Both the position numbers and the translations under genes were made by a program. This document shows positions 42,993 to 52,838 of a DNA stretch of 63,847 nucleotides, piece after piece; the stretch's first letter is position 1; every line of letters starts with the position of its first letter. The notes beneath the pieces were generated by a model, which saw nothing but the letters and a program-made list of their open reading frames with translations, was not told the DNA's origin and did not search any database. The stretch is from positions 1 to 63,847 of the forward strand of contig JAXDBW010000011.1 in NCBI GenBank assembly GCA_034678405.1, read 5' to 3'. The stretch is from Patescibacteria group bacterium. GTDB taxonomy: Bacteria; Patescibacteriota; Patescibacteriia; UBA10025; JAHIVO01.

Positions 42993-43059
42993 GGATTGAA
43001 AAAGGTCCAAAAAAATGGTACAATAGAACAACTCACTTGATTGTGGTATCATTCTTCGC

Positions 43060-45387
43060 ATGGCAAAAAAATCAAAAAAGGCGTACTTGCAAAAGTACAA
43101 AAAAGAAGCACAGAAAGAACGACACGCGAGCTCCACTCCTGACGAAGAGCCAGAACGCGAATCCCGTCTCAAACCCGAGACCAAGCATGGCATCTACGTG
43201 GTGCTGATTTTTACTGGAGCGATTATTTTCTTACTGGGGCTACTGGGGTGGGCTGGTCAGCTCGGTGATGCCCTCGCTACCGCCTTGAGTTACCTGTTTG
43301 GTTGGGGTAAATACGCCGTTCCCGTTATCTTATTCTGGATTGGCTATCTCATTGCCCGGCCCCAACGCTATGCGTTCCGCCTCTCAAATGGCATCGGTTT
43401 GGTACTCTTAGTACTCAGTGGGACCGGTTTCTTGCACCTCGTGGGAGTGCCCCTCGAGCAGGCGACGAGTGAGATAGCAAATGGCAATGGCGGCGGGTAC
43501 CTCGGACTATTACTTTCATATCCATTGCAGAGCGTGCTCGGGCCCTGGGCGACGGGTGTGATTCTCTTAGCAGTGTTTGTCATCGCTCTGCTCGTCCTCT
43601 TCGATGTGTCTCTCGAGTGCCTCTATGAGCGTGGCAATATTGGCAAACGTGCGGCGGAGCGATTCCGAGAGTTTTTTTATAAATTACGCTCAAACATGGA
43701 TCGCACGCCCGATACTGATGATATGCCGGATGATGAAGCGGGCGACGACGAGGGAGAGGACGATAGCGAAGAGCCATCATTTGATGTCAATGCTGTCTCA
43801 GAGACTACTACCGGAGAGCAAGACGTCCAGCCTAAAAAGGAATCAACCGAAGGAACGGGCGATCAGACCGAAATGTTTACCAAACCGAAACGCATGCCGA
43901 AAATTGACATTCCCATTGATCTCCTGTCATCCAGCGCAGAGAAGCCAACGAGCGGCGATATTGAACGAAATAAGGAGACAATATTTAATACCTTCAAAAA
44001 TTTCGGCATTGATGTAGAAATGGGCGAGACGAAAGTCGGTCCGACGGTCACGCAGTTTACCCTGAAACCTGACGAGGGCGTGAAATTATCTCAAATAACT
44101 ACCCTCGGCAACGACCTCGCTCTAGCCCTCGCGGCACACCCCATCCGGATTGAGGCACCAATCCCCGGTAAGTCACTGGTGGGTATCGAGGTTCCGAATA
44201 AGTCAGTGGCAGTTGTGAAGCTAAAAGAGCTCCTGATGAGCAAAGAATTTAAGAAACGGAAGTCCAACCTTACTATCGGTATTGGGAAAGATGTGGCTGG
44301 GAATATGTGGCTTGAGGACATTGGTCCAATGCCACATCTGCTCGTCGCTGGTTCGACCGGGTCAGGGAAGTCGGTGATGTTGAATTCAATTATCCTCAGC
44401 TTGCTCTACCAGAATTCACCCGATCAATTGAAATTAATCCTAGTTGATCCAAAACGAGTGGAGCTGTCGGTCTATAATAATATTCCTCATTTGATCACGC
44501 CCGTTGTCAATGAAGTCGACAAGACGATTAACGCACTCCGGTGGGTAGTTAGCGAAATGGATCGACGGTATCAGCTGTTGTCGAAGACCGGTCATCGCAA
44601 TATCGCGGCGTATAATCAAGACAACGGTAATATCATGCCGTACCTCGTAGTCGCGATTGATGAATTGGCGGATCTGATGTCAGTGGCGGCCAATGAAGTA
44701 GAGGCAGCCATCGTTCGTCTCGCGCAGATGGCGCGGGCCGTCGGTATTCATTTGATCCTCGCGACCCAGCGGCCATCCGTTGATATTATTACGGGCCTGA
44801 TCAAGGCAAACATTACTACCCGCATTGCGTTTGCGGTGGCATCCCAGATTGATTCACGCACGATTCTCGATACCGCGGGGGCAGAAAAACTACTCGGCCG
44901 CGGCGACATGCTCTTCACGTCATCCCAACTCTCGAAGCCGAAGCGTCTCCAGGGCGCTTTCGTCACTGACGAAGAAATAAATCGAGTGGTAGCTTTCCTG
45001 AAGAGTAAAGGTGAGCCTGAATACCAGGAAGAAGTAACCCAGAAAGTAGTGGACAAGACGCTGGCAGGCAATTTTGAAGATATGGGCGACGACGAGTTGG
45101 TCGGCCAAGCGCGGGACATCGTGGTCAAGGCAGGCAAGGCATCGGCGTCATTCCTCCAGCGCCGACTCAGGATCGGGTATGCCCGCGCTGCGCGGATTCT
45201 CGACATCCTCGAGGAGCAGGGCGTGATTGGTCCGGGGGAGGGGGCGAAGCCGCGAGAGATACTCGTGTCACGCGAGGGGCTCGACGATGGATTTATTGAT
45301 GATGCCGATGAGGATATTCCCGAGGATGATGCGGACAGCGAAGAAGACGAAGAGGATGAAGACGAGGCTGACCAGCAGTATGGGTAG
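43060..45387 (+). CDS. ftsK: DNA translocase FtsK
   Basis: N-terminal TM helices, an acidic linker, Walker A GSTGSGKS and a gamma winged-helix domain (FLQRRLRIGYARAARILD). Confidence 0.93.
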   Translation: MAKKSKKAYLQKYKKEAQKERHASSTPDEEPERESRLKPETKHGIYVVLIFTGAIIFLLGLLGWAGQLGDALATALSYLFGWGKYAVPVILFWIGYLIARPQRYAFRLSNGIGLVLLVLSGTGFLHLVGVPLEQATSEIANGNGGGYLGLLLSYPLQSVLGPWATGVILLAVFVIALLVLFDVSLECLYERGNIGKRAAERFREFFYKLRSNMDRTPDTDDMPDDEAGDDEGEDDSEEPSFDVNAVSETTTGEQDVQPKKESTEGTGDQTEMFTKPKRMPKIDIPIDLLSSSAEKPTSGDIERNKETIFNTFKNFGIDVEMGETKVGPTVTQFTLKPDEGVKLSQITTLGNDLALALAAHPIRIEAPIPGKSLVGIEVPNKSVAVVKLKELLMSKEFKKRKSNLTIGIGKDVAGNMWLEDIGPMPHLLVAGSTGSGKSVMLNSIILSLLYQNSPDQLKLILVDPKRVELSVYNNIPHLITPVVNEVDKTINALRWVVSEMDRRYQLLSKTGHRNIAAYNQDNGNIMPYLVVAIDELADLMSVAANEVEAAIVRLAQMARAVGIHLILATQRPSVDIITGLIKANITTRIAFAVASQIDSRTILDTAGAEKLLGRGDMLFTSSQLSKPKRLQGAFVTDEEINRVVAFLKSKGEPEYQEEVTQKVVDKTLAGNFEDMGDDELVGQARDIVVKAGKASASFLQRRLRIGYARAARILDILEEQGVIGPGEGAKPREILVSREGLDDGFIDDADEDIPEDDADSEEDEEDEDEADQQYG

Positions 45388-45389
45388 CT

Positions 45390-46073
45390 ATGGTCGAATT
45401 TCGTCAACGCAACATAGAACGATCCAAGACGCTCGGTGAGCGTCTGGCGAAAGTACGCGAGGAGGCTGGCTACAGTCTGACCGACGTCGAACAGGCGACC
45501 CAAATCAAAGTAACCTATCTCCAGGCACTCGAAACCGGACAGTATACCAAGCTGCCCGGGAGTGTATATGTGGAGAACTATCTGAAACGGTATGCCACGT
45601 TTCTCAAGGTCGATCCCGCGTATGTCATCGAGCTATACCGTCAGCGGGAGCAGCGGGTGACTCGGGCTCATGAGCGACAGCGGTTTACCCCAAAGCCCCA
45701 GGAAATGCCCCGGGAGGTGCTGACGCCGCGGTTACTTCGTCGACTCATTGTCGGAGCCATCGTGGTGGCCGCACTTATTTATATTGTCGTGATCGTTTTC
45801 CAGGTGTTTGCCCCGCCGATGCTGACAGTGACCAGTCCAGCTGACGCTATCCGGGTGCAGGATCCGGACATCACCGTCACTGGCTCGACTGAACCGGAGA
45901 CCAGCGTGACTATTAATGGTCGGGAAATATTTCTTGATGCCGACGGTAATTTCTCAGCCAATTTATCCCTGACTGAAGGGATTAATACGATTACCATCAG
46001 CTCACAGAAAAAGCGGAGTAAACCCACCGTGGAGACCAGGACGGTACTGCTTGAGCCACAGACCGAAGAATAG
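45390..46073 (+). CDS. RodZ-like HTH/transmembrane protein
   Basis: HTH_XRE-like N-terminus (LGERLAKVREEAGYSLTDVEQATQIKVTYLQALE), one TM helix and an Ig-like C-terminus. Confidence 0.6.
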   Translation: MVEFRQRNIERSKTLGERLAKVREEAGYSLTDVEQATQIKVTYLQALETGQYTKLPGSVYVENYLKRYATFLKVDPAYVIELYRQREQRVTRAHERQRFTPKPQEMPREVLTPRLLRRLIVGAIVVAALIYIVVIVFQVFAPPMLTVTSPADAIRVQDPDITVTGSTEPETSVTINGREIFLDADGNFSANLSLTEGINTITISSQKKRSKPTVETRTVLLEPQTEE

Positions 46074-46112
46074 TATACTATATAATACTTTATAGCTAAG
46101 GAATACGAACCT

Positions 46113-47156
46113 ATGCCAACCAAACAAAGCGATAAAGACTCTTCCCAACGTTCAAAGGCCGCCCAAGAGGCGATTAACCAAATCAAGGAACGATTCGGGG
46201 AGGGATCGATCATGAAGTTTGGGGAAGCGCGTAAAGTAGCCGTTGACGTCGTGCCGACCGGCTGCGCCTCATTGGATTTAGCCCTCGGGGTGGGTGGGGT
46301 ACCCCGTGGCCGCATTATTGAAATCTATGGCCCCGAAGCCTCAGGGAAAACAACCCTCGCGCAGCACATCGTCGCCTCAGTCCAAAAAATGGGTGGCACC
46401 GCCGCCTTTGTCGATGCTGAGCACGCCCTCGATCCCCAGTATGCGCGGAAGATCGGAGTGAATGTTGATGACCTCCTCATTTCCCAGCCGGACACCGGTG
46501 AGCAGGCACTCGAGATCGTCGAAACGCTCGTCCGCTCAAATGGGGTGGATGTGATCGTTGTAGACTCAGTCGCGGCGCTGGTGCCCAAAGCTGAGATCGA
46601 AGGTGAGATGGGTGACTCACATATGGGTCTGCAGGCTCGACTGATGAGCCAAGCCCTCCGCAAGTTGACCGGCATTGTCAGTAAGACGAAGACGGTCGTC
46701 ATCTTCATCAACCAGACACGCATGAAGATTGGGGTCTTCTTCGGCAACCCTGAGACGACCACCGGTGGGATGGCGCTGAAATTCTATGCGTCAGTCCGGA
46801 TCGAGGTTCGGCGAGCGGCGCAAATCAAGAAGGGCGATGAATCCATCGGCAATCGAGTCAAGGTCAAAGTCGTCAAGAATAAAGTGGCTCCGCCATTCCG
46901 TACGGCTGAGTTTGACATCATGTATAATGAAGGGATTTCTATCGCCGGCGATTTGATCGATACCGGCATCAAATATGGCGTGCTACAAAAAAGCGGAAAC
47001 ACACTCGCCTATGGTGACGTGAAGATTGGTGTTGGGCGCGAAAACGCGCGCATTGCTCTCCGCACAGACAAGAAGTTGATGGCCGAGCTGAGTAAGAAGA
47101 TCATGGCCGCCGCGGCTGCCGCCGAAGCAGAGGAACAAAAAGCAGACCAGAAGTAA
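46113..47156 (+). CDS. recA: Recombinase RecA
   Basis: [10 protein letters not shown] Walker A with L1/L2 loops. 347 aa, no intein. Confidence 0.98.
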   Translation: MPTKQSDKDSSQRSKAAQEAINQIKERFGEGSIMKFGEARKVAVDVVPTGCASLDLALGVGGVPRGRIIEIYGPEASGKTTLAQHIVASVQKMGGTAAFVDAEHALDPQYARKIGVNVDDLLISQPDTGEQALEIVETLVRSNGVDVIVVDSVAALVPKAEIEGEMGDSHMGLQARLMSQALRKLTGIVSKTKTVVIFINQTRMKIGVFFGNPETTTGGMALKFYASVRIEVRRAAQIKKGDESIGNRVKVKVVKNKVAPPFRTAEFDIMYNEGISIAGDLIDTGIKYGVLQKSGNTLAYGDVKIGVGRENARIALRTDKKLMAELSKKIMAAAAAAEAEEQKADQK

Positions 47157-47291
47157 CAGAAATTCATTATTGTATATGTTTGGGCCTGGATGGTATGATC
47201 CAGGCTCTTGAATGTATGCCGGTATTTCGGTAAGCTATCGTAAGATAAAACAAATAACGTTAATTAAATACACAGAACAGACGGAGGTTAT

Positions 47292-48092
47292 ATGCAGGTA
47301 TGCTCACTTGCGTGGTGGCGTGCGCGGCCACGAAAGTGGCTGTCATACATCGTGCTGTGCATCATTGGCTGGACCGGATTCTTCTTTCTCCGGATAGTGA
47401 ACTGGACCAAAATTGAAGGTAAGGATAAGTTTGTTATTGCCCGGCGCGGGCATAACAAGCGTGAACGGCGAAATGTTGTGATCGTGTCGAATCATATGAC
47501 CATGTTTGATTCGTTCATCGTTGGCATCATCGCTTACTTTCCTGAAATACTCTTTTGGCCGTCAGTGGCACCACTTCATTTCGCTGCGCAGGAGAATTAT
47601 TTCAAATACTGGTTGATGCGACTCGTCATGAGCTGTCTCAACGCAATTCCCGTGAAATCGAGCCGGAGGGATGTGGTGGTGATGCATGAAGCGGTCAAAC
47701 GATTGCCCTATACTAATATCCATATCTTTCCTGGAGGACGTCGTTCCCAGCAGCCGCTTGGGTCAGTGGCTCAACATCCCGTCCGAGCCGGTGTTGGTTA
47801 TATTGTAGCCCATGCGGCTGATCCAAAGCCGTTACTCGTCCCGGTATTTCTCGGAGGCGCTGAGAAATTGTTCGGCGGTAAACCCGGGGATCATAGCGTG
47901 GCTCGATGGCTCCCTCGCATTTCCGGCGTATTCCGCAGGCCACTCGTCCGCTTCGGAGACCCGATACCTTATCAAGACATTCTCGATGCGGTCGGGAATA
48001 ACAAAAAGGCATGGACGGCGATTGCCAATCGTGCCGCACATGCAATTAATCAACTTGATCCTTCGATTGAAAGAGTGTCAGTCCCGGACTGA
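47292..48092 (+). CDS. plsC: 1-acyl-sn-glycerol-3-phosphate acyltransferase-like (PlsC family)
   Basis: GGAGG RBS. HX4D motif (NHMTMFD) and FPGGRRS. Confidence 0.75.
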   Translation: MQVCSLAWWRARPRKWLSYIVLCIIGWTGFFFLRIVNWTKIEGKDKFVIARRGHNKRERRNVVIVSNHMTMFDSFIVGIIAYFPEILFWPSVAPLHFAAQENYFKYWLMRLVMSCLNAIPVKSSRRDVVVMHEAVKRLPYTNIHIFPGGRRSQQPLGSVAQHPVRAGVGYIVAHAADPKPLLVPVFLGGAEKLFGGKPGDHSVARWLPRISGVFRRPLVRFGDPIPYQDILDAVGNNKKAWTAIANRAAHAINQLDPSIERVSVPD

Positions 48093-48101
48093 CACTCTTT
48101 A

Positions 48102-48896
48102 TTATGATTGCATGTGGTGCTGCCGCGGCTTGATGGTTTCGCCCAGCCAACGGGTGGTCAGCTGCTGCAGGTGAGCGGGAATATCACTGAAGTAGTACTG
48201 ATGGTTACTATTTCGCTCAAGTGATCGATCCAGGTCAGGATGGGCCTGGAGATAGGTACGCACTGCAGTCACCGTCGGGGTGGCCGGGTCGACGAGCGTG
48301 ACCCGCCGGCCGATTTTTTGCTGGATGACATCGCGGAGGATAGGATAGTGGGTGCAGCCGAGGATGAGTGTATCAATCTGGTGTCGTTTCAGGGGTCCGA
48401 GGTATCGCTTGGCCATCATCTTGGTGATTTGATCATTGATCAGCCCCTCTTCCGCGAGAGGGACGAAGAGTGGGCAGGCTTTGCTGGTGACGTTCAGCGT
48501 GTCGTCAGTAGCTAGTAGTTTTGTCCGGTAAATATCCGTATTAATCGTGGTGCGGGTGCCGATGACGCCAATGTTTTTATTCTTGGTCTGCTGCTGGGCG
48601 GCGGTGACGGCCGGGGTTACCACCTCGAAGATAGGTGTATTGGGGAACTGGCCTTTCAGTGCGTCAGCGGCGACAGCCGAGGCGGTGTTACAGGCGATAA
48701 TGATAAGCTGGGCTCCCCGGTCTAGCAGGAACTGAGTATCCTGGATGGCATATTCGATAACTGTCTCGTTACTTTTATTGCCATAGGGCGTGCGAGCGGT
48801 ATCGCCAAAATATACCAGCTGATAGTCAGGTAGTTGACGACGAACTTCACGGGCGACGGTCAGGCCGCCGATACCAGAGTCAAAAATACCAATCAT
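48102..48896 (-). CDS. murI: Glutamate racemase
   Basis: IGIFDSGIGGLTV, IIACNTAS and GCTHYP motifs. Confidence 0.92.
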   Translation of the reverse strand: MIGIFDSGIGGLTVAREVRRQLPDYQLVYFGDTARTPYGNKSNETVIEYAIQDTQFLLDRGAQLIIIACNTASAVAADALKGQFPNTPIFEVVTPAVTAAQQQTKNKNIGVIGTRTTINTDIYRTKLLATDDTLNVTSKACPLFVPLAEEGLINDQITKMMAKRYLGPLKRHQIDTLILGCTHYPILRDVIQQKIGRRVTLVDPATPTVTAVRTYLQAHPDLDRSLERNSNHQYYFSDIPAHLQQLTTRWLGETIKPRQHHMQS

Positions 48897-49555
48897 AGAG
48901 ACCGAATCATAGGGAGCGTTATATCGAATAGTCGTTGTACCACGCGGTCGGCTTTTTGTAAATCCTTATGGGAATTGTAGGGCTGTTTCAGCCCAATGCA
49001 GCGCATGCCCGCTCGGTGGGCTGCCTCGACCCCGCTGTATGAGTCTTCGATGACGAGACACTCGGCTGGGGTCACCCCCAGTTTTCGTGCAGTTGTGAGG
49101 AAGATATCAGGGTGCGGCTTACTCTCGGTGAAGTCATCACCCGAAATAACCACAGTAAAATACGATCGGGCTCTTATTTTCGCCAGCGAGAGATTGATAA
49201 TGCTGCGCGGTGATGATGAGGCAACGGCGAGGGGATAGTGACGGCTGGTTTTCTCTAGCAATCCATGAATGCCGGCAACTGGTTTGAGTTTCTGGTGAAA
49301 TAGTTTCTTGACCATAGAAAGTCGCTCCTGGAGGATTGTATCTACTGACTCAGTCAGTCCGAAATAGGCTTTCACCTTCATGATGGAGTATTGCTGACTC
49401 CGGCCTCTGACGTGCCGTGCCAAAAAACGCTCATATGCAGCGGTCTGGGGGACGTCCACCCCATGCTTTTTCAGCTGGGCATTGATCGCCTCAGCCCACA
49501 AATGCTCAGAGTCAGTGATGACTCCGTCCATATCATAAATAACTGCCCTGATCAT
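48893..49555 (-). CDS. HAD-family hydrolase (beta-phosphoglucomutase-like)
   Basis: Motif I is VIYDMDGVITDS; later motif IEDSYSGVEAA. Confidence 0.8.
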   Translation of the reverse strand: MIRAVIYDMDGVITDSEHLWAEAINAQLKKHGVDVPQTAAYERFLARHVRGRSQQYSIMKVKAYFGLTESVDTILQERLSMVKKLFHQKLKPVAGIHGLLEKTSRHYPLAVASSSPRSIINLSLAKIRARSYFTVVISGDDFTESKPHPDIFLTTARKLGVTPAECLVIEDSYSGVEAAHRAGMRCIGLKQPYNSHKDLQKADRVVQRLFDITLPMIRSL

Positions 49556-50895
49556 GCGGCGTGCTGCTTTACAAAGGCGGTGAGTTCGTCTTGCTTTTCT
49601 GTAAGCAGTTCTGGTGTATCTGCCTCGACCGTGACGCGCAGGAGTGGCTCGGTATTGGAGGGGCGCGCATTAAACCACCAGGTATCGTATTGGACCGTCA
49701 GGCCATCGAGCTCATCCTGCTCTCCATCACCATACTCTTTTTTTATCTTCATGATAATATCTGGGATGTTATTCACCTCGAAATTCATCTCATCGCCTTT
49801 AGCATAGGGGATTAGTCCATCGATAATCTCTGACAGCTTTTTATCATGGGCGGAGATGAGCTCGAGGAGGATCGCAAGCGCGACGAAGCCAGAGTCTGCA
49901 TAGAAATTATCCTTGAAGGCGTAGTGAGCGGAGAGCTCACCACTCATCACGCCACCATTTTCGCGCATGGTTCGCGCTAGATTGACAAACCCAACCTTGC
50001 TGCGGAGCGGCCGGCCACCCCACTCAGTGATGCGCTGGGGGACCGCCCGACTGCAGATGACATTATAGGCGATGCCGGCGCCCGGGTTATGCTCGAGGAA
50101 ATGTTTTGCCAGGACAAGCAGCGTGGCATCTGCTCTAATAAATTCTCCTCTTTCGGTCACAAAGAAAAGCCGGTCAGTATCGCCATCAAAGATTACTCCA
50201 AAATCAGCTTTTTCATCAACGACTGCTTTTTTGATTTGTACCTGTGATTCGGGCATCAGGGGATTCGAGGGATGCGCCGGGAAGTTGCCGTCGAGCTTGA
50301 AATTCAGGGGGATGAGCTTCCCCGGGAGATGCTTGAATAATTCCGGGAGTACCTTACCCGCCATGCCATTGCCGGCATCGGCGACGATAGTAAATGGTTT
50401 GATTTTCTGGGTATCGACAAACGAGAGGACGTGTTTGATATAGTCATCCATGATATCTCGTTCGAGCAGCGCGCCTGATCCCTGGTCAGTAAATTTCTTG
50501 TCTTCGATGAAGTCGTATAATTCTTTGCCCCGGATCCACTCTAGTCCGCCCTCGTGTTTGACGACCATCTTGACGCCATTGTACTCTTTCGGATTATGTG
50601 AGGCGGTGATCATCATTCCGCCGTCATAATCAAACGTGCCAACGGTGAAGTATACCGCATCAATTGGCACCAGACCAATCGTGGTTACTTCCACGCCCTG
50701 ACTCCGGAGGCCCTGTGTTACTTGCTCGAATATTTCAGGGGAGCCGATACGCATATCGCGTCCGACGACCACTTTCTTCGCGCCGGTGAGCTGGGCATAG
50801 CCCTGGCCGATCGCAAAGGCGGTCTCAAGTGTGAAATCAGTGGGGTACACTCCCCGGACGTCGTAGCTTTTGAATACTTTTTTATTGATAGTCAT
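49552..50895 (-). CDS. Phosphoglucomutase/phosphomannomutase
   Basis: Active-site TASHNPKEYNGVK and metal loop FDGDTDR. Confidence 0.9.
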   Translation of the reverse strand: MTINKKVFKSYDVRGVYPTDFTLETAFAIGQGYAQLTGAKKVVVGRDMRIGSPEIFEQVTQGLRSQGVEVTTIGLVPIDAVYFTVGTFDYDGGMMITASHNPKEYNGVKMVVKHEGGLEWIRGKELYDFIEDKKFTDQGSGALLERDIMDDYIKHVLSFVDTQKIKPFTIVADAGNGMAGKVLPELFKHLPGKLIPLNFKLDGNFPAHPSNPLMPESQVQIKKAVVDEKADFGVIFDGDTDRLFFVTERGEFIRADATLLVLAKHFLEHNPGAGIAYNVICSRAVPQRITEWGGRPLRSKVGFVNLARTMRENGGVMSGELSAHYAFKDNFYADSGFVALAILLELISAHDKKLSEIIDGLIPYAKGDEMNFEVNNIPDIIMKIKKEYGDGEQDELDGLTVQYDTWWFNARPSNTEPLLRVTVEADTPELLTEKQDELTAFVKQHAA

Positions 50896-50906
50896 AGGGA
50901 TAATTG

Positions 50907-52058
50907 TTAGGCGTGACGTTTATGATGCATGCAGTACTGCGCGAGCGCGCCGAGGAACCAGACCGTCCCGACGAGTGCCACGAGCCACCCCACCGTGGGA
51001 ATGTTTACCAGAATGACATAGATAAAGGTCCCCAGCATCATCGTCCAGATCATGGGGATTGGTTTATCTTTGCGAGTACGGTTCAGGATGAGCTCACCGA
51101 GCATGATCCCCACCCCCACCTTCGTCAGATAGAGAGCGAGGAGATACCCAATCAGGATAATGAGGGAAAGGGGCGCGCCGATTAAGGTAAATGCGAGGAG
51201 TACAACTGCGATGGGAGTGACAATCAAAAAGAGTAATCCCCAGAGCATCGCAATACCCGGTTGCGCTTGGAAGCCCTGCATTCGCTGTCGGATCCAGGGG
51301 CCAGCGATGCTGACCAGTACCGTCCCAACGAGCAGGGCGCCAAATAGGCCAATGAGTTTCAGCAGAATCCAACCGCGAGTGATGAAATTTTTATCTACCG
51401 TCAAATTTGCATCAAATTGTTTGTGAATTGTGTCACCGAGGACTACCGCAGCAGTGTTCACGTCAGCCGTTTTGGTCCCACGATACGTGAGATCACCGGC
51501 AATCTCTGCCTGTTTACCCAGTGAGAGCTGGCCATTTTCTCCCAGCGTGACATCGACTTTATTACCAACCGTGTTATTGATGCTGACAGACTCTCCCGCA
51601 GCCGTGATATTTCCGCTGATTGGGGCATCGATACGGACGGTCTGTCCAGCCAGGATAGCGCTCCAGTCGATCGCGGCAGTTTCTGCCAGCGTGAGCGTGG
51701 TCGCCGCGGCAGTAATATTTTTCCCGACATGCCCGCCGATGCGGAGCGTGGTCGCGCCAGCTCGGACGTTTCCTGCGACATCGCCACTAATATCGATCTG
51801 CGCGGCTCCACTGATGACATCACCACCGACCGTACCGGTGATGGTTACATCATTAGCAAAGGCATAGACATCACCATTGACCGTGCCATTGATGGTGATG
51901 CTATTACCCGCAGCAAATAGATTCTCATCAATGATTTCATCCTCATCGATGGTAATCGTTTCCTGGGTAATCACCGAAAGCGCATGGACGCTCGCCGGCA
52001 AACCAATAAAAATCACTGCGGCAAACAGCGCGATGAATAAGCGAGAGGAGAGACGCAT
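50907..52058 (-). CDS. Secreted bactofilin-like (polymer-forming beta-helix repeat) domain fused to a 4-TM C-terminal region
   Basis: Signal peptide. Repeats of the type GNSITINGTVNGDV / VTITGTVGGDV / GNVRAGATTLRIGGHVG, followed by hydrophobic helices. Confidence 0.55.
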   Translation of the reverse strand: MRLSSRLFIALFAAVIFIGLPASVHALSVITQETITIDEDEIIDENLFAAGNSITINGTVNGDVYAFANDVTITGTVGGDVISGAAQIDISGDVAGNVRAGATTLRIGGHVGKNITAAATTLTLAETAAIDWSAILAGQTVRIDAPISGNITAAGESVSINNTVGNKVDVTLGENGQLSLGKQAEIAGDLTYRGTKTADVNTAAVVLGDTIHKQFDANLTVDKNFITRGWILLKLIGLFGALLVGTVLVSIAGPWIRQRMQGFQAQPGIAMLWGLLFLIVTPIAVVLLAFTLIGAPLSLIILIGYLLALYLTKVGVGIMLGELILNRTRKDKPIPMIWTMMLGTFIYVILVNIPTVGWLVALVGTVWFLGALAQYCMHHKRHA

Positions 52059-52114
52059 AGACCAAAAAAGCTAAGCAAATTATGCTCGCAGCATACCATG
52101 AAACATCCCTTTTT

Positions 52115-52834
52115 TCAACGCTTTTTCGCGACGGAAAAGAGATTATATGCCTGATACCAGTTGGAGTCTTTGCCTTTGGTGGTATAGCGATGGGCTACTA
52201 CTTGGAGCCCGGCGCTCGTCAGCAGCTGAGTGAGCTGTGTCTGGGTGAAGGGATGGAGATAGCGGTACCCCATGATCTCGCCCTGTGCGTTTTTCCACGG
52301 CTTCTCCACGTCACCCCAGTCGAGCCGACTGCGGCCGAATAGTTTACGAAGTGAATAGCGGCAGAGTAACCTCCACCACTGGGTATGGAGCAGATTCCAC
52401 TCGGTCATGATGAGGTGGCCACCGGGTTTCAGGACGCGGGCCGCTTCGGCGATGACTTGCTGTCGCATATCATGGGAGGGGATGTGATGCAGAGTGGCGA
52501 TGAGACAGACGACGTCAAATTCTGCGTCAGCAAAAGGAAGGTCGTCAGCGGTGGCGGTGATGAAGCTGTGTCCGGGATGTTCGCGCTCGGCAACTGACAC
52601 CAGTTCTCGGCTGGCATCGACACCAGTGTAGCGCACGCCTTTTGTGTCGAGGAATTTCGCCAACCGGCCATTCCCACAGCCGACGTCCAGCACCGAGTCG
52701 CCCGATTTGACATATGTCTCGAGCAGGGTAAACTCACCCCACGGATGCCGGCGCGTATGCGAAAAGTGCTCGGCAATGCGGTTGTAGACGCGCGTATTTT
52801 CCTCTACAATCTCTTGTGCAACCTTTTGTTTCAT
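52115..52834 (-). CDS. Class I SAM-dependent methyltransferase, Trm9/ALKBH8-MT-like
   Basis: VYNRIAEHFSHTRRHPW followed by VLDVGCGNGR, and ...LHHIP...LKPGG. This is the pattern of tRNA (cm5U34) methyltransferase Trm9. Confidence 0.65.
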   Translation of the reverse strand: MKQKVAQEIVEENTRVYNRIAEHFSHTRRHPWGEFTLLETYVKSGDSVLDVGCGNGRLAKFLDTKGVRYTGVDASRELVSVAEREHPGHSFITATADDLPFADAEFDVVCLIATLHHIPSHDMRQQVIAEAARVLKPGGHLIMTEWNLLHTQWWRLLCRYSLRKLFGRSRLDWGDVEKPWKNAQGEIMGYRYLHPFTQTQLTQLLTSAGLQVVAHRYTTKGKDSNWYQAYNLFSVAKKR

Positions 52835-52838
52835 CTAT

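Noticed and set aside
44748-45503. 251-aa antisense ORF inside ftsK. Similar long antisense ORFs occur at 25157-25711, 41879-42421, 53298-54056, 55592-56275, 61119-61880 and 32314-32823.
   Set aside because: They lie opposite well-supported genes. They have low-complexity S/R/P-rich translations typical of shadow frames, and no RBS or promoter signals.
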